Below are positions 29,681-38,514 of a stretch of 64,000 bases of DNA, piece after piece. How positions within the stretch are numbered: position 1 is the first letter of the stretch; each line of letters begins with the position of its first letter. The position numbers and the translations under genes are program-made. The DNA is from Nannocystales bacterium (lineage in GTDB: Bacteria; Myxococcota_A; Polyangia; Nannocystales; Nannocystaceae): contig JBOEGF010000014.1 in NCBI GenBank assembly GCA_050633305.1, positions 160,001-224,000 on the forward strand, given 5' to 3'. A model generated the notes under the pieces. That model was given only the letters and a program-made list of their open reading frames with translations. It did not search any database and had not been told where the DNA came from.

Positions 29681-30494
29681 CGTCTCGGTAGTCGAGATAC
29701 GCCCGGAGGATCGACTGCTCGACCTGACCACGGCCTCGCATCGGCGCGGGGTAGCGAAGAATGAGGCGCAGCGCCGGATTGCGCGTGGACACCCAAACCT
29801 TCGGGGTGACATCGGGGGGCTGGAGCCCGTGCTTGTGGCCGACCCGCTCCATGTTCTTCTGGGCTTTCTCGACGTAGCCGCGGCAGACCTTGTTGGCGGC
29901 CTCGAGAAGCTTTGCCTCCGCTTCGCGCCAGGGCGTGTCCGCGTCAAGCTCGATGCGGGTCGTGTGCAGGACGAACTCCTCCGTGAACGTCTCGTTGACG
30001 ACCGGAGTGTTCAGGAACAGGCTGTTGGGCAACACGACCATGCGCCCGGTGAGCTTGTGAATCGATGGCTCCGGTCCGACTTCCAAGAGGGTGGTCGTGA
30101 GCGGACCGATGTCGATGACATCTCCACGCGTGCCGTTGACCTCGATTCGATCGCCCAGACGAAAGGAGCGTGCCGAGATACGGAGGAAGGTGCCGCTGAG
30201 GCACAGGATGAGTTCCTTGGTCGCGATGACGAAGGCCGCACCCAGGGCGGCGAGCGAGAGCGCAACCGTCTGCAGCTGCTCCGCCCACAGCACGACGGTG
30301 GCGGCGAGGAACAGCACGATCGCCGCATTTCGAGATTGGACGAGAAAGCGGTTGCGACGTTCCGGCGGGAGACCGGACGTGTCGAAGGTCCGGACCGCGA
30401 GTCGTCGGCCCAGGACGATCAGCAGGAGGATGCCAACGGTGACGACGACTTTGATCGCCGCGGGGTGCTGCCCGAGAGACTCGATGAGCTCCAC
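29640..30494 (-). CDS. Second MscS-family channel
   Basis: IATKELILCLSG, FRLGDRIEV, LPNS. Confidence 0.9.
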   Translation of the reverse strand: MELIESLGQHPAAIKVVVTVGILLLIVLGRRLAVRTFDTSGLPPERRNRFLVQSRNAAIVLFLAATVVLWAEQLQTVALSLAALGAAFVIATKELILCLSGTFLRISARSFRLGDRIEVNGTRGDVIDIGPLTTTLLEVGPEPSIHKLTGRMVVLPNSLFLNTPVVNETFTEEFVLHTTRIELDADTPWREAEAKLLEAANKVCRGYVEKAQKNMERVGHKHGLQPPDVTPKVWVSTRNPALRLILRYPAPMRGRGQVEQSILRAYLDYRDATRAKTDAAPPEA

Positions 30495-30549
30495 GGCCGG
30501 AGCTTAGGGCACATCGCCGGTCCCGGCCATGAGGGGGGCCGTGCGCCGC

Positions 30550-31998
30550 TCAGGGGCAGGGGACGACGGCGCCGGACGTGAATGTGTCGGCCAGGGATTG
30601 GGGGTGCACGTTGAGCATCGTCCACTCCGCGCCTGGCTGGGTGAGATCGTAGGTCTCGAAGCCCGTGGGAGACGCCACGATGAGCATGCTGTCGTTGAAT
30701 GCGGTGCGTGCGAACGTTCCCGTGAGGGTCGGGGCAAGCGGCACGCCGCGAACCTCCAACACGTCGTCTGCCCCGTAGCCAACGATGACGACGCCCTGGC
30801 TCCCACCCATCGCGAAGCCCACCTCTGCGTCGGGCAGCCGAACTGGCCAGAGGTTGCGTCGGTCTTCCCAGGGAGGGTCCGTCTGCACGACCAGCGGCCC
30901 GGGGCCGTCCGCGTCGACGGGGATGCGATAGACTGCTCGCCCGTCTGTGGTACCCGCGCCAACCCCGACAAGCTGGCTGGTGGGCGCGACATGCAGGACA
31001 GCGCTGAGGTCATCGCGAACGACCGAGAGCACCTCGGGGGGATCGAGCAACACTTCGCCGGGCCCGTAGGTGCCCTGGACGTAGAACGGTGCGACCGGTG
31101 CGGTGCCGCTCGCGACGAAGTTCACGAACAGACGCTGCGAGGGTCGGTCCAGGGTGAGGCGGGCTGCGCGAATCTCGGGGATGATCTTGTTGGTGTATTG
31201 GCCCGAAGCATTGAGGGTGAGGGCCGCTGGCTCGATGTCGAAGGTATCGATCGCGAACCCGTTTTCGATGACTCGGGTCGCAAACAGGAGCTCTCGTTCC
31301 GCGTCACAGGCGAGCTCTCGAACGCCCGGGACGGGGGTCTGGTTGCTGATGGACACGCCCCCCTGGCTCGGCCGCAGGCCCGTGATCGTGCCGGCCGTCG
31401 ACGCGACGTAGACTTGGTCAAGGCATGCCACCGTTGCGTTGCTGAGTTCACTGCCGATCCCGGTGAGAGGGGGGTTGTGGCCCGGGACGTCGATCTCGCC
31501 CAAGTTCTCCACCGCCCCGTCGGGGAGCACGGAGTAGCTGCGGACGACCGACGTTTTGCCGGGGCCGCCGAGGTGGGCGAAGAAACACTCGCGCTCGAAT
31601 CTACAGATCGGGGAGCAGCCGTCGCCCGGCTCGTTGTTGCCGTCGTCACACTCCTCTGCGCCAGCCTTGGTGTCGTCGCCGCACCCGTCGGGAATCACCA
31701 GTTCACAGACCCCCTCGATGCACATTGCATCGTTCTCGCACTGCCCCTCGTCGCATGGACAGCCGACGCGTCCGTCCACGCAGTCGCCGCCCGTGCTGCC
31801 GCTGCTGCTTGGGTCGTCGCTGTCCGCATCGGTACCCGTGGAACTCGAGCCCGGTGTGGTCTCGGTGGGCTCGGTCTCGATCGCGGTCGTGGTGCCCTGC
31901 GAGGAGCTTCCACCGCTTGCGGTTGAGGACTCGGTACTGGGCTCTGCGAAACAGCCGGCAGCGGAGAGCAGCGCGACCAACGAGGACCTGCGGAGCAT
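30550..31998 (-). CDS. Lipoprotein with Myxococcus Cys-rich repeat (DUF4215-like) and beta-propeller
   Basis: AAGC lipobox; CGD..EECDDGNNEPGDGCSPIC; beta-rich C-terminus. Confidence 0.8.
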   Translation of the reverse strand: MLRRSSLVALLSAAGCFAEPSTESSTASGGSSSQGTTTAIETEPTETTPGSSSTGTDADSDDPSSSGSTGGDCVDGRVGCPCDEGQCENDAMCIEGVCELVIPDGCGDDTKAGAEECDDGNNEPGDGCSPICRFERECFFAHLGGPGKTSVVRSYSVLPDGAVENLGEIDVPGHNPPLTGIGSELSNATVACLDQVYVASTAGTITGLRPSQGGVSISNQTPVPGVRELACDAERELLFATRVIENGFAIDTFDIEPAALTLNASGQYTNKIIPEIRAARLTLDRPSQRLFVNFVASGTAPVAPFYVQGTYGPGEVLLDPPEVLSVVRDDLSAVLHVAPTSQLVGVGAGTTDGRAVYRIPVDADGPGPLVVQTDPPWEDRRNLWPVRLPDAEVGFAMGGSQGVVIVGYGADDVLEVRGVPLAPTLTGTFARTAFNDSMLIVASPTGFETYDLTQPGAEWTMLNVHPQSLADTFTSGAVVPCP

Positions 31999-32092
31999 GG
32001 GGGGACTCTAGCAGCGTCGTCCGGCAATCCCCCATTTCTGGGAATGAGCGGCTCGATGGCTGGGTTTGGGGCTGGTACACCTCGGGCCCCCG

Positions 32093-32941
32093 ATGACCGA
32101 TGACCGAATCCCCGATGAGCTCGCGAGTGCTGCTCTCGAGCGCGCCGCACAGCTCCAACTCGACGCCGCCGAACGGGTCGAGCGTTCAGGGACCGCGATC
32201 TCTCGTCGGCAGGGATACGCTCGCGACGAGCTGCTCGATGCCGCTGCCGAGGCGGGAATCGAACCTCGATTTCTCGAACTCGCGCTGAGAGAGCAATCGC
32301 TCGCCAAGGGGGAGCGCTCGTCGGACTCCGATGTCGCACTTCTTCGCTGGCTGGGGACGCGTCAGCGAAGCCTCTGTGTGTCGCGTGTCTTCGATGCCGA
32401 CCTCGAAACCATGGTGGCTGCGTGCTGCCGGGTCCTGGAGTCCGATAAGGTTGGCCTGCAGCTCCGCGGGGAAACGGAACGCATGGAGCGTGGGCGCGGA
32501 GTGGTGCTCGAGTTCCACATGCCACGGCTGAACGAGCTTGCGGCGTTGATCGGGGCCCAATCGCAACTCGCCTATCGACTGGAACAACTCGAAATGTGGA
32601 CGCTGCATGTCAGCTTTCGTCCGTTGGGAGAGCGTACGGAGGTCTCGATCGCTGGCGATCTTCGGCCCGGCGCGCGTGCCAACCTCAAGGTCGCGCGGAT
32701 CGGTGGCGTGCTTGGCGGAGGTGTGGGTGGGGCCGGAGGGGTTGCAGTGGGTCTTGGCCTGGGACTCTCGGCCGCGGCCGCGCTCCCAGCAGTGGCTCTG
32801 GCGACCGTCGGGACGGGCTTGATGGGCCTCGCTTATCGAGCCTTGTACCGCCGCGTGCTTGTGAAAACGGAGGCCGAGTTCGAGGATGTCCTCGCCGCTG
32901 TTTCCGGAGACCTCTCTCGCAGGGCGATTCTGGGCGAGTAG
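32093..32941 (+). CDS. Hypothetical membrane protein
   Basis: N-terminal RAAQLQ..AAAEAGI helical motif; Gly-rich C-terminal TM pair. Confidence 0.65.
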   Translation: MTDDRIPDELASAALERAAQLQLDAAERVERSGTAISRRQGYARDELLDAAAEAGIEPRFLELALREQSLAKGERSSDSDVALLRWLGTRQRSLCVSRVFDADLETMVAACCRVLESDKVGLQLRGETERMERGRGVVLEFHMPRLNELAALIGAQSQLAYRLEQLEMWTLHVSFRPLGERTEVSIAGDLRPGARANLKVARIGGVLGGGVGGAGGVAVGLGLGLSAAAALPAVALATVGTGLMGLAYRALYRRVLVKTEAEFEDVLAAVSGDLSRRAILGE

Positions 32942-32962
32942 AAGCCTACTGTCGTGCTCGGG

Positions 32963-33709
32963 TTAGCCCGGAGGCGGACCCGCGGGGCGAGCTCCTTGGC
33001 CGCCTTCGCCACCGCGACCGCCTCTGCCGCCTCGCCGGCCTCGTCCCGGAGGTCCGGGGCGAACTTCCTTGTACTGCTCGAACTGCTCGGCGGTGAGCAT
33101 CTCCTCCACGCTGGCATCGGTCGCTTTACGGAGTTTGTCGGCCTCCTCGCGAACCTCGGTGAAGGGTCGATCGCCCTCGCGCGCTGCCACGAACAGTGGG
33201 ACGAGTTGCTCCGACTCGGTCTCCCATAGGGCGTCGATCGACTCCCGTTGGGTTGACTGGAGACCTGCGACGGCGACGAGTTCGTCCAGGATCTCGGTAT
33301 GGCGGGCGGTGAAGCGGTCACGAAGGGCGTCCGTGCGGCGCTCTCGGGCCTCCTCGCGCTCGGTCTCGATGATGTCTCGAACGACGCCCTCAAAAACGGG
33401 CTCGTCGGCGTCAGGGGAGGAGTCTGAGCCGAGGGTCGCGCCCCGAGCCGCCACCGAGCCTCGTGCCATACGCAGCTGCTTCATGTCGCGACGAAGCTGC
33501 GCGACCTCCCCCTCGAGTTCCGCGACGCGAGACTCCAGCCCGGCATTTCCGGGCTGGGGGCGTTTTCCTGGTCGCCGACCCGACCGCTTTCGTGCGGGCG
33601 GCTGCTCCTCCTGCGCCGCTTCGTCGGGTCCGTCGTCGGCGAGCAGCCACGTCCCCAGACCCAATGCGAACACAGCAGATGCAATGGCGATCAAGGCTCC
33701 CCGCGACAT
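32963..33709 (-). CDS. Hypothetical membrane-anchored coiled-coil protein with Arg/Gly-rich tail
   Basis: N-terminal TM; LESRVAELEGEVAQLRR; LTAEQFEQY; RGG-rich end. Confidence 0.65.
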   Translation of the reverse strand: MSRGALIAIASAVFALGLGTWLLADDGPDEAAQEEQPPARKRSGRRPGKRPQPGNAGLESRVAELEGEVAQLRRDMKQLRMARGSVAARGATLGSDSSPDADEPVFEGVVRDIIETEREEARERRTDALRDRFTARHTEILDELVAVAGLQSTQRESIDALWETESEQLVPLFVAAREGDRPFTEVREEADKLRKATDASVEEMLTAEQFEQYKEVRPGPPGRGRRGGRGGRGGEGGQGARPAGPPPG

Positions 33710-33869
33710 GTGCGTTGTTCTCTCATCGGGTCCGAGCCCGGGTTGTATCCGCGCCGTAAACGCACCGAAAACGAAGCGGTCCGGGAGGCGGACGGAGTTT
33801 TTCTTTCCCGGACCCTCAAGGGGCCGGGGTGTCCGCCGATGACTCTCTCAGCTGCCCAATCGTTCGACC

Positions 33870-34700
33870 GTGGGGGTCGAAACACAACCGGTGGCCCCGG
33901 AGCGAACAATGGAACACCTGCCCGTCTCACCATCCACGTCCCAACCGTCATGGCGCCCGAACCTCTCGGCGTCGCCTGGCCAGCACTCGCCACAGGCGAG
34001 TGGAGCGGAGCGGCGGATTCACGAGCGGGTCGCGGTGGCGCTGCCCACGACGGTCTCGGGCAACGGACAGACGCAGTCCGTTGCGACCCATGACGTGAGT
34101 CTGGGTGGCGCCTGCATCTCGGTCGACATTCCACTCGAGGTGGGATCAATGGTGGACGTCGACGTTTCGCTGCCCGACGAGACCGCGCCAGCCCGTGTGA
34201 AGGGCGAGGTGCGCTGGTCCCGGAAAGGCCGCGCAGGGATCATTTTTCGCTCCGGGGCAACGGCCGCGATCGCGGCGTTTGTGGGCAGCATGCTGATGTC
34301 GCCAGAGGCGATGGCCGCCAAGACGTCGGTGCCCACCTTCGACGCCAACGCCGATGTGGTGATGGACATGAAGGCCGGGGGCGAGCGGCCGGATGAGTTC
34401 CAGCTCACCTCTGTCTTCGAGCAGCAGTACTCGAGCTTCGACGAGTGTGTCGCGGACGCGAAGAAGAATCCCAACAAGACGCTGCCCGGCGACGTCGATG
34501 TTGAGATTCTGCTCAACCCCAAGGGACACGAGCCGCTTGGAATCAACGCGACGCTCCCTGATTCTGTGGACAAACGGTCGCTGCGTGAGTGCCTGCGAGG
34601 TGCAGTCGCAGCAGCGGATTACCCGTCCTACGACGGCCCTCCAGTGGTCGTGTCGTTCAGCTTCGAGCTGGACCCTGGGACCTACTGGGAGGAGGAGTGA
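33870..34700 (+). CDS. PilZ-domain protein with hydrophobic segment and C-terminal AgmX/TonB-C-like domain
   Basis: RIHER (RxxxR), DVSLGG (DxSxxG), GEVRW; start uncertain. Confidence 0.75.
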   Translation: MGVETQPVAPERTMEHLPVSPSTSQPSWRPNLSASPGQHSPQASGAERRIHERVAVALPTTVSGNGQTQSVATHDVSLGGACISVDIPLEVGSMVDVDVSLPDETAPARVKGEVRWSRKGRAGIIFRSGATAAIAAFVGSMLMSPEAMAAKTSVPTFDANADVVMDMKAGGERPDEFQLTSVFEQQYSSFDECVADAKKNPNKTLPGDVDVEILLNPKGHEPLGINATLPDSVDKRSLRECLRGAVAAADYPSYDGPPVVVSFSFELDPGTYWEEE

Positions 34701-34727
34701 TCACGAAACAAGGATAGGGAGGGGTCC

Positions 34728-35834
34728 CTAGGGCGGAAAGCAAACATGCCCCAGGATGGACGGAGCGCTCGCGCCCGTCACCTGGGGCACGCTCGATGGG
34801 AGCTTGGCCAGTGTACGAGCTGCGATGAGGGCCATCCCCGCGGGCTCGTGGTGCATGGGGGCCAGAACGCCGTCGGTCGCAACATGAACGTCGAGGTCGG
34901 GACCTCGAGCACACACGTATTGACGGAGCTTGGGGTGCAACGCGCCGCCACCGGTCAGTACGACAGATTTAACGTCCGGCGCATCTTGCTGGGCGGCACG
35001 GACAATGGCCGCCGCGGTCGCGTCTACGCTGGAGGCCAACAAGTCTGGGCCGGTCAGGTGCGCGAACCGATCGAGAATCGACTCGACGTAGGCATGGCCA
35101 AAGTCCTCTCGACCGGTGCTTCGTGGCAGCGGTCGGTCGAAGAACCCATGGGCGAGCACCGTGTCGACGAACTCGGCGTGCGGGGTTCCGCCTTCGCTCA
35201 GCGTGCCGTCGTGGTCGAAGCTCAGGTTGCCGGCCGAGACGTGCCGCGCCAGCGCGTCCGTGATCATCATCCCGGGTCCAAGGTCTGAGGCTCGCACGTC
35301 CTCAACCGCCGGCGTCACGCGGGTGTAGTTCGCGATGCCTCCGATGTTGACCACCAGGCGCGTCGGCGAGCCCTCGGGGCAGAAGAACCAGTGTGCAAAC
35401 GGGATGATCGGAGCCCCCTCGCCGCCGCGGGCGAGGTCGGCACATCGCAGATCGCCGACCACCGGGAGCGCGAGATCTGCGGCCAGGACTGCACTACTCC
35501 CGATCTGCAGCGTGCACGCAACCGCAGGCCCTTGGGAGGGCGGCGCGTGCCAGATCGTCTGGCCATGCATGCCGACAACATCTGCGGAATCCCAGTCCGG
35601 CAGGCGCTTGACCGCTTCGGCGTAGTGGCGGGGCAGGATGAAGTGAAGCTCTGCCACCCGCGCGACGGTGAGGCTGGTCGGGTCGGTCAGCTCTGCCCGC
35701 AGTTCGTCGTCGAACGCGACGTGGGCATGCCCGAGGACCTCCGGCTCGTGCCGAGTCTGGAGGTCGCCGAGTTCGAGCAACACTGCATCGACACCGTCAC
35801 CCGAGGTGCCGCTCATCAAGCCGATCGCCTTCAT
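34728..35834 (-). CDS. anmK: Anhydro-N-acetylmuramic acid kinase
   Basis: IGLMSGTSGDGVD, HGQT, GGEGAP, NIGGIAN, STGRE. Confidence 0.93.
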   Translation of the reverse strand: MKAIGLMSGTSGDGVDAVLLELGDLQTRHEPEVLGHAHVAFDDELRAELTDPTSLTVARVAELHFILPRHYAEAVKRLPDWDSADVVGMHGQTIWHAPPSQGPAVACTLQIGSSAVLAADLALPVVGDLRCADLARGGEGAPIIPFAHWFFCPEGSPTRLVVNIGGIANYTRVTPAVEDVRASDLGPGMMITDALARHVSAGNLSFDHDGTLSEGGTPHAEFVDTVLAHGFFDRPLPRSTGREDFGHAYVESILDRFAHLTGPDLLASSVDATAAAIVRAAQQDAPDVKSVVLTGGGALHPKLRQYVCARGPDLDVHVATDGVLAPMHHEPAGMALIAARTLAKLPSSVPQVTGASAPSILGHVCFPP

Positions 35835-36307
35835 CGTGCGCCTCCCATGCGAAGGTCGAGTTCCTCGATTGCGCGCGCTCCTCCGGCCGCGTCGAGCACG
35901 ACGGCTGCAGCCTCGAGCGCGATGGGGTGCGCATCCGCGACCGCGACGCCGTACCCGACGGCCTCGAACACATCCGCATCATCCGGACCGTCTCCGATGT
36001 GGCAGACCCGCTCAGGCGTGACGCCGAACGCATCACAGATCTCCTCGAGCGAAGCGATCTTGTCGGAGGTGCCGACCCAGCGCGTATCCATCCCGAGGCC
36101 TTCCATGCGAACGCGGGCGGCCAGGGTCTTGTTGCGGGACAGCGGAACGGTCGGGATCCGCCTCTTGATCCGCAACAGCGCCTCACCGTCCCGAACGCTG
36201 TAGCGTTGGAGCCAGCCCAGCTCGGGGCCGCCCCACCACGTGGTGGCGTCGGTCAGAGTTCCGTCGATGTCGAACGCGAGGAGAGCGGCCTGGGCGAGGT
36301 CGGGCAT
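35831..36307 (-). CDS. kdsC: KdsC-like HAD phosphatase
   Basis: FDIDGTLTD, VRDG, IGDGPDD, AVADA, GGARAIEE; 4-nt overlap with anmK. Confidence 0.75.
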   Translation of the reverse strand: MPDLAQAALLAFDIDGTLTDATTWWGGPELGWLQRYSVRDGEALLRIKRRIPTVPLSRNKTLAARVRMEGLGMDTRWVGTSDKIASLEEICDAFGVTPERVCHIGDGPDDADVFEAVGYGVAVADAHPIALEAAAVVLDAAGGARAIEELDLRMGGAR

Positions 36308-36352
36308 GCTTCCGGCGCACCGTAGCAGGGGCCGCCACAACCCCCCAATTCG

Positions 36353-36604
36353 TCACACGAGGCTGTGTACGTGGCGCCGCGTCCCGAGCATGTGGTCGGC
36401 GATTCGGCCTGCGAGCTCTCGACCCGCGCGGGTGAGGACGACCCGCTGTCCGACGACGGAGGCCATGCCCGACTCCAGGAGCTGTTCGAATGCGAGCTCC
36501 CGATCGGGTGCATGGAGGCGGACGGTCCCATCACCGTCCATTTCGCTCGCCAGCAGCTCGACGAGCAGTCGTCTCTGCATGCTGTCGGGCGCCACAACCT
36601 CCAT
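36353..36604 (-). CDS. Small hypothetical protein, winged-helix-like
   Basis: 83 aa; LLESGMA..VVLTRAGRELA wing pattern. Confidence 0.5.
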   Translation of the reverse strand: MEVVAPDSMQRRLLVELLASEMDGDGTVRLHAPDRELAFEQLLESGMASVVGQRVVLTRAGRELAGRIADHMLGTRRHVHSLV

Positions 36605-36743
36605 CCACTACGTTCGACACTTCGACTTCCGAAATTTCCAGCGGGTCGAAGATCAACGGGTCACTTTGCTCACACACGAGGCCCCGATGGGCGAGGGGGA
36701 CCTACGGTGTGGGACCTGTCCGTGGGTCTGAGCGGGGTCTCAG

Positions 36744-37331
36744 TCAGTCGGACGATCGATCCAACGCGCGGGGAAGGGGCGGGACGTCGATGCCACTCTC
36801 GCGAGAGAGCACGTAGCCGCCAACGAGCAGGGAGCCTGCCGAGGTGATCAGATTCGAAAGGGCGAGCGCTACGCCGGTCCAGTTCCGCCATGCCAGGGTC
36901 ACGGTGAGAAGGTCGGTGAGCGCCTCGACGCACATCACGCCGCCAAACAACGCCACGACTCCGGCCATCAACCGCCGGATGCGCGGGAACTGCCCAACGT
37001 TGGTGCGAGGGAACAGCACCCACCCCGCGACCCCGACAACCGCGACCCCGACGAGAAGGTCGGGTGTGAGGGCTTTGAGCCGTCCGCCGAATCTCTCGAA
37101 TGTCAGCAGAAGGTGGAGAAGCGCTCGCATGCCCCGGCCGAAGTGAAACGCGCCGACGAGCAGGAGCGTGCCGACCACTGCCTTCGCCCCGATCTGCGAG
37201 TCGCGAGATTCGGGTTGTTGTGAGCGGGCGGCGTCCCACGTGAGACGCCCGTACAACAGCCCCGCGACTGGAGGGGCGAGGAGCAGGGGCCCGACCTCTA
37301 GCTGGGTCGCAAGCTCAGCGAGACTGGCCAT
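36744..37331 (-). CDS. Hypothetical integral membrane protein
   Basis: About 5 hydrophobic helices. Confidence 0.65.
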   Translation of the reverse strand: MASLAELATQLEVGPLLLAPPVAGLLYGRLTWDAARSQQPESRDSQIGAKAVVGTLLLVGAFHFGRGMRALLHLLLTFERFGGRLKALTPDLLVGVAVVGVAGWVLFPRTNVGQFPRIRRLMAGVVALFGGVMCVEALTDLLTVTLAWRNWTGVALALSNLITSAGSLLVGGYVLSRESGIDVPPLPRALDRSSD

Positions 37332-37449
37332 CGCGCGATCATAGACCGCTGCACCAAGGCCGTCTCCGTCCTTCGTTCGTTTCGCGTCGGTGCCGTTGGT
37401 TGGGGAAGACCGCCGCCCCTACGGCACCGCGTCAGGAAGGACTGCTGCG

Positions 37450-38139
37450 CTAGCGCTTCGCCTTCTTGGCGGCCTTCTTGGCGACTTTTTTCTTGGCGGC
37501 CTTTTTCTTGGTCACCTTTTTCTTAGCGGCCTTCTTAGCGACCTTTTTCTTGGCGGCCTTTTTCTTGGTCACTTTTTTCTTGGCGGCCTTCTTGGCGACC
37601 TTTTTCTTGGTGGCCTTCTTGGCGACCTTTTTCTTGGTGGCCTTCTTGGTCACCTTTTTCTTGGCGACTTTTTTCTTAGCGGCCTTCTTGGCGACTTTTT
37701 TCTTGGCGGCCTTCTTGGTCACTTTTTTCTTGGCGACTTTTTTCTCGGCGGCTTCCTTCTCGGCGGCCTCCTTCTTGGCGTTTGCGTCGTCTTCCCAGAT
37801 CCCCAGCGGTGCGCCACCAGGATCGGTGACAATGGCGAACGCGCCCATTCCGGGGAGCTCGGTGAAGTCGACGACGACGGTCGCGCCACGTTGGGTCGCC
37901 TCAGCCACGGCGTCCTTGACCGAGTCCACGGTCACGTACCCGATCCAGGTATCGGAGGCGCTCTTGTCCTGCGTTTGAACGATGCCGCCGATCGGCTCCC
38001 CCTTCGCGTTGGCGACCATGATGTACTTGCCGCCCGGCATGGGCATCTCGTTGTATGTCCAACCGAAGACTCCGCTGTAGAAGTCTTGGGCGGCGGCGGG
38101 GTCTTGGCTATGGAGTTCGACGTGCGTGTACATGGGCAT
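37450..38139 (-). CDS. VOC/glyoxalase/bleomycin-resistance domain fused to a histone-H1-like tail
   Basis: HVELHSQDPAAAQDFYSGVFGW and DPGGAPLGIW, then about 100 aa composed almost only of K, A, V, T. Confidence 0.9.
   Translation of the reverse strand: MPMYTHVELHSQDPAAAQDFYSGVFGWTYNEMPMPGGKYIMVANAKGEPIGGIVQTQDKSASDTWIGYVTVDSVKDAVAEATQRGATVVVDFTELPGMGAFAIVTDPGGAPLGIWEDDANAKKEAAEKEAAEKKVAKKKVTKKAAKKKVAKKAAKKKVAKKKVTKKATKKKVAKKATKKKVAKKAAKKKVTKKKAAKKKVAKKAAKKKVTKKKAAKKKVAKKAAKKAKR
37453..37745 (-). repeat. Coding tandem repeat of 12/15-bp units (KKVAK, KKVTK, KAAK, KATK)
   Basis: Directly visible repeats such as TTCTTGGCGGCC and TTTTTCTTGG. Confidence 0.9.
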
Positions 38140-38514
38140 GGAAGGTTCTTCTCAAGGTGTCCGGCGCGGAGTATCGCCGATCAGGTTGAAATCGGACACC
38201 TCGTCGGGAGGCCCATCTGCTCCGAACTCTCGAGTTCGACCCACCGCGGTGTCCTCGCTGCGATCGCATCGGTTCGTGGGTCGCGGCGGCTCGCCCTCGG
38301 GCTCGATGGCGTCGCGAAACCCTTCAGCACCTCAGTCCAGCTGCGCCTCCGTCTCTCCCCCTCGGGCCGTGCGCTCTAGGGTCGCGGAGGGAGATGACGG
38401 CGGACCGGCCAGCGAGCCCGCGTCGTCGTCCCAGTCCAACAAAGGAAGGACGACGCGGGGTCTGGGGGCGATTCTCCGCATCGGCGAGGGGATCGACATC
38501 CCCAGTCGTCGCCG

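Noticed and set aside
33778..33814. 9-bp inverted repeat GGTCCGGGA-N19-TCCCGGACC between divergent genes
   Set aside because: Present in the sequence, but there is no adjacent regulator and such repeats can arise by chance at this GC content; not enough support to call
37453..37745. Repeat array considered as a CRISPR
   Set aside because: No unique spacers, in-frame coding repeats, and no cas genes
37390..38379. Plus-strand ORFs rich in FFLGG and AAFFL repeats
   Set aside because: Antisense shadows of the Lys/Ala repeat gene
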